NCBI GenBank assembly: GCA_023473405.1 | Contig: JAMCZD010000448.1 | Coordinates: 1 to 34,181, forward strand | DNA: 34,181 nucleotides | Direction: 5' to 3' | Source: Candidatus Omnitrophota bacterium | GTDB taxonomy: Bacteria > Verrucomicrobiota > Verrucomicrobiia > Limisphaerales > UBA1319 | In this document: in pieces, positions 28,353 to 34,181 of the stretch | Layout: each line of letters starts with the position of its first letter | Position numbering within the stretch: position 1 is the stretch's first letter | Program-made: the position numbers and the translations under genes | Notes under the pieces: model-generated | Told to the model about the DNA's origin: nothing | Database searches by the model: none | Seen by the model: only the letters and a program-made list of their open reading frames with translations

Positions 28353-28499
28353 GTGACGATTGCCATCCTCGTCTTAAAGGAACATATCTCGTCGGTGTTC
28401 GGCAGGGCCGCATGGTTGCCCCGGATCCCCCGCAGGCCCGGGGAGGAGGGGGGACGTCACGAACTCGTCATCGCCCAGGCGGACATCCGAGGGCATTGA
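28353..28499 (+). pseudogene. N-terminal remnant of NifB/NifX-family protein
   Basis: VTIAILVLKEHISSVFGRAAWL resembles MKIAIPxxxxxISxxFxxA; only 48 codons. Confidence 0.45.
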
Positions 28500-28501
28500 A
28501 G

Positions 28502-29359
28502 ATGAAAAGCACACTGGATTGCATTCCGTGTTTCGTATCTCAGGCGTTGAAGATCGCGAGACTGGCGACTCCTGATGAGCGCGCACACGAACGAATTTTG
28601 CGCGAGGCGCTATGGCGCGCCAGCAAGGCCGACCTTACACAGACGCCGACCCGGTTTGGAAAGGGGATTCTTCGGTTGGTCCGCGATTTGACGGGGCAGG
28701 CGGATCCTTACCTGGTGATCAAGGAAGAATCCAACCGACTCGCGCTGGCCTTGTTGCCGGCTTGGCGGGAGCGCTTGCGGACGGCGACAAACCCGCGGTT
28801 GGCTGCGGTAAGACTCGCCATCGCCGCCAACGTCATTGACTTTGGCATTAAAGGCGACATGACAGCAGAGCAAATTCCTGAGGCGCTGGAAAGCTCATTT
28901 GCCGGGCCGTTCAGGGGCGATGCCGACGGATTCTTTGCGGCAGCGGAAGGTGCGAACGATATCCTGTTCCTGGCGGACAATGCAGGCGAACTGGTCTTTG
29001 ACCGGCTGCTTCTCGAATTGCTGCCGCACGAGAAAGTCACGGTGATCGTGAAGGGCGGGCCGGCCATCAACGACGCGTTGAAGGCAGATGCGGCGGCAGC
29101 GGGCCTGGAGAACTGGGTCAAGGTGATGGACACGGGATGCGACGGCGCGGGGATTACGTTGGAGGACTGCAGCCCGGAGTTCCAGAGGAGATTCTCGCGT
29201 GCCGACGTGATTATTGCCAAAGGCCAGGCAAATTTCGAATCGTTGGATGGTTGCGGACGAGATATTTTCTTTCTATTGAAGGTGAAGTGTCCCGTAGTGG
29301 CCCGGCACATCGGTCGTCCCGTCGGGAGCCTGGTCTTGCACCGTGAGTGGAAGAAATGA
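28502..29359 (+). CDS. ARMT1-like / DUF89 damage-control phosphatase
   Basis: MKSTLDCIPCFVSQA, DPYLVIK, AIAANVIDFG, LADNAGELVFD, PAINDA, IAKGQANFESL, LLKVKCPVVA. Confidence 0.92.
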   Translation: MKSTLDCIPCFVSQALKIARLATPDERAHERILREALWRASKADLTQTPTRFGKGILRLVRDLTGQADPYLVIKEESNRLALALLPAWRERLRTATNPRLAAVRLAIAANVIDFGIKGDMTAEQIPEALESSFAGPFRGDADGFFAAAEGANDILFLADNAGELVFDRLLLELLPHEKVTVIVKGGPAINDALKADAAAAGLENWVKVMDTGCDGAGITLEDCSPEFQRRFSRADVIIAKGQANFESLDGCGRDIFFLLKVKCPVVARHIGRPVGSLVLHREWKK

Positions 29360-29438
29360 TTGAACTGACGTTCGATTCTACGGTGTGTGGTAGCCGGTGT
29401 GAGCCGGCTCTGAAGTGCCGTAGACCTTTTCATTACCT

Positions 29439-29575
29439 TAGGCCGGATATTTCACACTTCCTTTGAAACGCCAACACCCCACCGTGTGAGGGCACACGGC
29501 CTACAGCCCTCAAAAGCCCGTCCCTGTAGGCCGGGTCCCGTGACCCGGCGTTCAACGTATGAAATATCCGGATTA
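29439..29575. mobile_element. MITE-like palindromic element containing a GTAG REP pair
   Basis: Terminal repeats TAGGCCGGATATTTCACAC and GTATGAAATATCCGGATTA (perfect 12-bp core); internal CGGCCTACAG...CTGTAGGCCG. Confidence 0.7.
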
Positions 29576-29578
29576 GGC

Positions 29579-30031
29579 CTACTTTTCCCCCTTTTGCCCG
29601 AGCAGGATCAAGTCCAACCCCAGTGGCACGAACTGCTCAAAACCACGGTCGAACGTCACAAAACGCATCTTCGCGCAGATGGCGAATGACGCCAGATAGG
29701 CGTCCATCCACCGTTTTGGTGCCGGCGATGCATGTCGAGCCAGTTTAAACCATCGTGCCTCCAAACCTGCGGGTTCGTTGGCCATAAAGCCGATGCGCGA
29801 GTCGCTTTGCAATTTATCCAAGGCAGCCAGCGCCTCCTCATTCGATCGCACCTCAACTTTTAGAATGGGCTCGACCGTGAGCAACCGGAGAAAGGCCAAC
29901 TGAGTCGCACGGCAAAAGAGCGCAGTCACCCCCTCCGGCAACGTTTCGATCCAGGCCACTGCCCGGGAGTGATGAGGATGGGTGTCCAGCGTTAAGGCCA
30001 GGAAGACGTTGCTATCGCAGAGCAGATTCAT
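29579..30031 (-). CDS. vapC: PIN-domain VapC toxin
   Basis: MNLLCDSNVFLAL, FLRLLT, WMDAYLASFA, FVTFDRGF. Confidence 0.9.
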   Translation of the reverse strand: MNLLCDSNVFLALTLDTHPHHSRAVAWIETLPEGVTALFCRATQLAFLRLLTVEPILKVEVRSNEEALAALDKLQSDSRIGFMANEPAGLEARWFKLARHASPAPKRWMDAYLASFAICAKMRFVTFDRGFEQFVPLGLDLILLGQKGEK

Positions 30032-30278
30032 GGCGAGCCAGGTCGTCCAGCAGGTCGGCGCGATACGCCGCATCATCGGGAATGGCAAGCGGCGCTTTAC
30101 CGCGCGACGTCAGGACGGGAAACTTTATCCGACGGGGCTTTCGCGGCTCTGGCGGCGCGCCGAAGAGCACCATCCGCAAACCTTCGGCGACCACATCCTT
30201 GAGTTTGCGTCCCTCCAAGGCGGCCTTGGCCTTGGCCTGGCGAAACAAATCATCGGGTATATCGAGTGTCGTCTTCAC
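30012..30278 (-). CDS. vapB: VapB-like RHH antitoxin
   Basis: GTG start; KTTLDIPDDLFRQAKAKAALEGRKLKDVVAEGLR; overlaps vapC start. Confidence 0.88.
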   Translation of the reverse strand: MKTTLDIPDDLFRQAKAKAALEGRKLKDVVAEGLRMVLFGAPPEPRKPRRIKFPVLTSRGKAPLAIPDDAAYRADLLDDLARHESALR

Positions 30279-30346
30279 ACAATCCACTTTTCCATATTCC
30301 CATAAAAACGTCAATGATCCGGCTCACGTTCGATTCCTCGAGACGT

Positions 30347-33300
30347 TTAACTGCAACCGAGGCTTTCGCCGCAGTTCAGGCATTTGAAGCATGCCCCGTT
30401 ACGGACGGTCATGTGGCCGCAAGTGGGACATGCTGGGGCGTCTTCCTGGAAATGGGCGATGGCGTCGCTGAGGTTTCTGATGGGTCGGTCAGCAGGGTTC
30501 GGCTGTGGAGTTGGTGCTGATTTTTCGTCGACGGCAGTTGCCTCGTCGGGCGAAGTGGCATTGGAGGCGAGTTCGGCTTCCTCGGCTCGGGCCAGGTCAG
30601 GCACCGGGCGATTCACTTTTTTTTTGATCTCCTCGAGCAAACCGGGAATGGGCAAATCGGGTTGGTGGCTATTGGGCGAGGTGGCATCGCGATAACCGGG
30701 GATGAACTGGCAGGCCATCCAACGGAAGATATAATCGATGATGGATGATGCCTGGCGGATTTCGGGGTTCTTGGTGAAGCCCGAGGGTTCGAATCGCTGA
30801 TGAGCGAACTTGCGAACGAGGGTTTCGAGCGGAACGCCATATTGCAGGGCCATGCTGGTGAGGGTGGCGACGCAGTCCATAAGGCCACCGATGGTGGAGC
30901 CTTCTTTTGCCATGGTGATGAAGAGTTCTCCGGGTTGGCCGTCTTGGAACAAACCAACCGTCAGGTAACCCTCGTGACCGGCGATATCGAACTTATGGGT
31001 GATGGCCTGGCGGGTTTCCGGGAGGCGATGGCGAATAGGTTTGTCCACCTGCGACTTGAGCTTGGGAACGATGGCCTCGAGTTCATTGACGCGTGCCGCG
31101 AGGTGTTCGGCGGTGCGAGTGCCTTCGGCGGCCTTTTGGGTGCTCAGGGGTTGAGAGCGTTTAGAACCGTCGCGGTAAATGGCCACGCATTTAAGCCCCA
31201 TTTTCCAGGCCTGGACATAGGCGTCCATGATTTCTTCCGCCGAACAGTCTTTGGGCAGATTCACCGTTTTCGAGATGGCACCGCTGATGAAAGGTTGCGC
31301 GGCAGCCATCATTTTGAGATGAGCCATGTAACTGATGCTGCGCCGGCCACGGAAAGGTCTGAAAGCGCAATCGAAAACGGGCAGATGTTCCGGTTTGAGA
31401 CCGGACCGGATGGTCTGGCCTTGTTCTTCAACGTCTTCGATAGTGTCGTATTTCTCGATATGCGCCACGATGGCCTCGACTTCCTGGTTGGTGTAATGCA
31501 AACGAGCCAGGGCCTCTGGCACGATTCGGTTCACGATTTTCAACATTCCTCCGCCGGCGAGGAGCTTGTACTTGGCCAGGGCGATATCCGGTTCGATGCC
31601 GGTGGTGTCGCAGTCCATCATGAAAGCGATAGTTCCGGTAGGTGCCAGGACGGTTACCTGGGCGTTGCGATAACCGAGGTTTTGTCCCTGTTCCAAGGCG
31701 CGGTCCCAGCACCGGCGGGCTTCCTCTTTGAGGTAATGGAATTCGGCGCTTGGTTGAATTGATTCGACGGCGTCCCGGTGCATTTTGATGACGCGGTGCA
31801 TCGAGTCGACATTGTTTGGCGCGGCCGGCTTTTCCACGCCGGCGCAATGCGAATCGCGATAGCCGGGGAAGGGTCCCATGACGCCGGCGATTGCGGCTGA
31901 TTGCTCATAGGCCTGGCCGGTCATTATGGCGGTGATGGCCCCCGCAAGGGCGCGGGCTTCATCTGAGTCATACGGCAGCCCATAACTCATGATGAGCGAT
32001 CCAAGATTGGCGTATCCAAGGCCGAGGGTGCGGAAGTGGTGTGAGTTTTCGGCGATGTCCTTGGTGGGATAGCTGGCGTTATCGACGACGATCTCCTGGG
32101 CGGTGATAAAAATCCGGACGGCGGCTTTGAACCGTTCGAGGTTAAAAATCCCATTTGCATCCTTGAACTTCATCAGGTTGAGCGAGGCCAGGTTGCAGGC
32201 GGTGTTGTTCAAAAAGACATATTCGGAGCAAGGATTGGTCGAGTGGATGGGACCAGTGCCTTTGCAGGTGTGCCACCGCTGAATGGTGTCGTCGTATTGC
32301 ATCCCCGGGTCGCCGCAGACATAAGTGCCTTCGGCGATTTTTCGCAGCAAGGCGCGGGCGTCCTTCTTTTCGAGTTGCTGGCCCGTGGTCACGGCGCGCG
32401 TCCACCATTCCCGTCCTGCCAGGGCGGCTTCCATGAATGAGTCACTGACGCGGACCGATAGGTTTTCATTTTGATACATGACGCTGCCGTAAGCCTCGCC
32501 GTTGTAGGAGCCGTCATAGCCTTGCTCTATCAAAGCCCAGGCTTTCTTTTCCTCCTTTTGCTTGGCCTCGATGAACTCCTCGATATCGCCATGCCAATCG
32601 TGCAAGGTGTTCATCTTGGCCGCGCGCCGAGTCTTGCCGCCCGACTTCACCACGTTCGCCACTTGATCGTAAACCTTCAAAAAAGAGAGCGGGCCGCTCG
32701 GACGCCCACCCCCGCTCAGCTTCTCTTTGTGGGAACGGATCGGTGAGAGATCGGTGCCCGTGCCGGAGCCGAACTTGAAGAGCATGGCCTCGCTTTGGGC
32801 CAAGCGCATGATCGATTCCATATTGTCCTCGACCGATTGGATAAAGCACGCGCTGCACTGCGGGTGGACGTATTGGGAGGAGGCGCGTTCCGCCACCTCT
32901 TTACCGGCCTCGAAGTGCCAATTGCCGGGGGCGGAGCTATTGCCCACGCCATATTGATGAAAGAGTCCCACGTTAAACCAAACCGGTGAATTGAACGAGC
33001 CGTACTGATTCAGGCACAACCAGGTCAACTCGTCGCAAAAAATTTCGCCGTCGTCTTTTGAAAAATAGCCGTCCTTTACCCCCCAATCCGCTATCGTTCG
33101 GCAAACCCGATAAATCAATTGCCGAACCGAAGTCTCGCGTTCAGGCGTATTCTGTTCGCCGTAGAAGTACTTCGAGACGACCACTTTGGTTGCCAAAAGC
33201 GACCAGGTCTTTGGGACCTCGACGTTCTCCTGCTTGAAAATCACCTTCTTGGCGTCGTCAGTGATTTCGGCCGTTCGGCGTTCCCATTCAACCTGTTTGA

Positions 33301-33478
33301 AGGGATCAACCGCCGGATCGCTGAACACCCGTTCCACGCGCACCATAGACTGTCCCAGCGGTCTCGGCTGTCTGGACTGTCCCTGGGCGCCGCGATTTTT
33401 GTTGCCAATCGATCCGGCAACGGGGCCGGTCGACGGTGAGAAATCCGGCAATACGGCTTCCTTCCGAGCATCATTCAT
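30347..33478 (-). CDS. nrdJ: Vitamin B12-dependent class II ribonucleotide reductase
   Basis: FNSPVWFN, PQCSACFI, KTRRAAKM, NPCSE, CNLASLNL, APTGTI, ISKTVN, YRDGSK, TSCPD-like domain, C-terminal CPTCG...CLNCG. Start 33478 or further upstream. Confidence 0.96.
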   Translation of the reverse strand: MNDARKEAVLPDFSPSTGPVAGSIGNKNRGAQGQSRQPRPLGQSMVRVERVFSDPAVDPFKQVEWERRTAEITDDAKKVIFKQENVEVPKTWSLLATKVVVSKYFYGEQNTPERETSVRQLIYRVCRTIADWGVKDGYFSKDDGEIFCDELTWLCLNQYGSFNSPVWFNVGLFHQYGVGNSSAPGNWHFEAGKEVAERASSQYVHPQCSACFIQSVEDNMESIMRLAQSEAMLFKFGSGTGTDLSPIRSHKEKLSGGGRPSGPLSFLKVYDQVANVVKSGGKTRRAAKMNTLHDWHGDIEEFIEAKQKEEKKAWALIEQGYDGSYNGEAYGSVMYQNENLSVRVSDSFMEAALAGREWWTRAVTTGQQLEKKDARALLRKIAEGTYVCGDPGMQYDDTIQRWHTCKGTGPIHSTNPCSEYVFLNNTACNLASLNLMKFKDANGIFNLERFKAAVRIFITAQEIVVDNASYPTKDIAENSHHFRTLGLGYANLGSLIMSYGLPYDSDEARALAGAITAIMTGQAYEQSAAIAGVMGPFPGYRDSHCAGVEKPAAPNNVDSMHRVIKMHRDAVESIQPSAEFHYLKEEARRCWDRALEQGQNLGYRNAQVTVLAPTGTIAFMMDCDTTGIEPDIALAKYKLLAGGGMLKIVNRIVPEALARLHYTNQEVEAIVAHIEKYDTIEDVEEQGQTIRSGLKPEHLPVFDCAFRPFRGRRSISYMAHLKMMAAAQPFISGAISKTVNLPKDCSAEEIMDAYVQAWKMGLKCVAIYRDGSKRSQPLSTQKAAEGTRTAEHLAARVNELEAIVPKLKSQVDKPIRHRLPETRQAITHKFDIAGHEGYLTVGLFQDGQPGELFITMAKEGSTIGGLMDCVATLTSMALQYGVPLETLVRKFAHQRFEPSGFTKNPEIRQASSIIDYIFRWMACQFIPGYRDATSPNSHQPDLPIPGLLEEIKKKVNRPVPDLARAEEAELASNATSPDEATAVDEKSAPTPQPNPADRPIRNLSDAIAHFQEDAPACPTCGHMTVRNGACFKCLNCGESLGCS

Positions 33479-33640
33479 ATTGACCTGCGGTTTCGATAAA
33501 GGTTTATCGTTGTTCAAAATTAAAGGCCGGCTCATTTTAAAGGCCGGCTTATTTTCGGCCACCGGGCCGGAATAATGGCTTTAACCAATACCCGATGTTG
33601 ATCGGCCTACCCCATTTAGTGGGATATTTATAAAACGTTA

Positions 33641-33656
33641 ACACTATGGGTTGTGG
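33641..33656 (-). promoter_or_regulatory. Candidate NrdR box
   Basis: CCACAACCCATAGTGT resembles acaCwAtATaTwGtgt, in AT-rich DNA upstream of nrdJ; second box unclear. Confidence 0.45.
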
Positions 33657-33780
33657 CTGCAAGCAAATTTTGAAACTAATCTTCTTCATTGACTTTTCCC
33701 CGTTCGAGCTGATTCGCAATGGGTAAAATAGCCTCATTTTCGTCGAGAATTGGGGCGCAACACCTCCGAATCTGTTTTTC

Positions 33781-33826
33781 GTAGCGCGATTCCAAGTCTG
33801 CTGTATCGCGGATTTCCAACCGGCGT
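33781..33826. repeat. GTAG-type REP-like half element
   Basis: GTAGCGCGATTCCAAGTCTGCTGTATCGCGGATTTCCAACCGGC with internal (T)TCCAA repeat. Confidence 0.4.
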
Positions 33827-34008
33827 TGCTTTGGGCCGGGGCACGGTCTGTTGTTGTTCGCTTCTGACAGACCATAGGGATATGTTCATCGCTGGCGCCT
33901 GGGCTGAGGGCAAGATCCCGTGCCGCAAATGTTTAGCTATTTCCTGGGCACCACGCTAGGATGGGCCTGAATAGGGCAAAGAACGTAACGTCAAATGCTT
34001 GAGCGAGT

Positions 34009-34181
34009 ATGAAGCGAACAACTGCATTCGTCTTGGTTTTGCTGGCTCCGTTAGCGGTTGGACGGGCTCAATTCTTATCCGGTGATGCGCTCGGTGGCGC
34101 GGTGTTGGGCGGATTAGCCGGCGGCATTATTGGGCATAACAGTCATGGGCACACGGCCGAAGGAGTCGCGATTGGAGGGTA
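34009..34181 (+). CDS. Glycine-zipper exported protein (runs off window)
   Basis: MKRTTAFVLVLLAPLAVGRAQFLSGDALGGAVLGGLAGGIIGHNSHGHTAEGVAIGG. Confidence 0.7.
   Translation, partial: MKRTTAFVLVLLAPLAVGRAQFLSGDALGGAVLGGLAGGIIGHNSHGHTAEGVAIGG

Noticed and set aside
33563-34000. Cobalamin riboswitch upstream of nrdJ
   Set aside because: No recognisable B12-box or conserved core seen; an Rfam scan would settle it.

Overview
GC-rich bacterial window, probably Verrucomicrobiota (inferred from a Verrucomicrobia-type C-terminal motif and the repeat styles). Left to right: a PsrA-like TetR / OprM / AcrA / AcrB efflux operon cut by the left edge; a loose carbohydrate-use region (sugar porter, DUF2961/GH172, prolyl oligopeptidase, Tat lactonase, GH127-like, sulfatase, SIS-like protein, NPCBM-GH36); an eroded arsR-arsC pair; bacterioferritin; a DUF89 phosphatase; vapBC; and class II nrdJ. 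The main unannotated structure is an integrase-less integron array at about 20.6-23.5 kb: a candidate attI, three attC sites and four cassettes (broken Abi_C gene, DUF2442/DUF4160 pair, a cassette overwritten by an IS91 remnant, antidote/ParE pair). Also notable: a perfect 21-bp inverted repeat inside the peptidase gene that appears to have overwritten a conserved strand in frame, a mosaic of short-period repeats, a MITE-like element around a REP pair, and many gene remnants. All family calls come from motif recognition by eye; no database searches were run.
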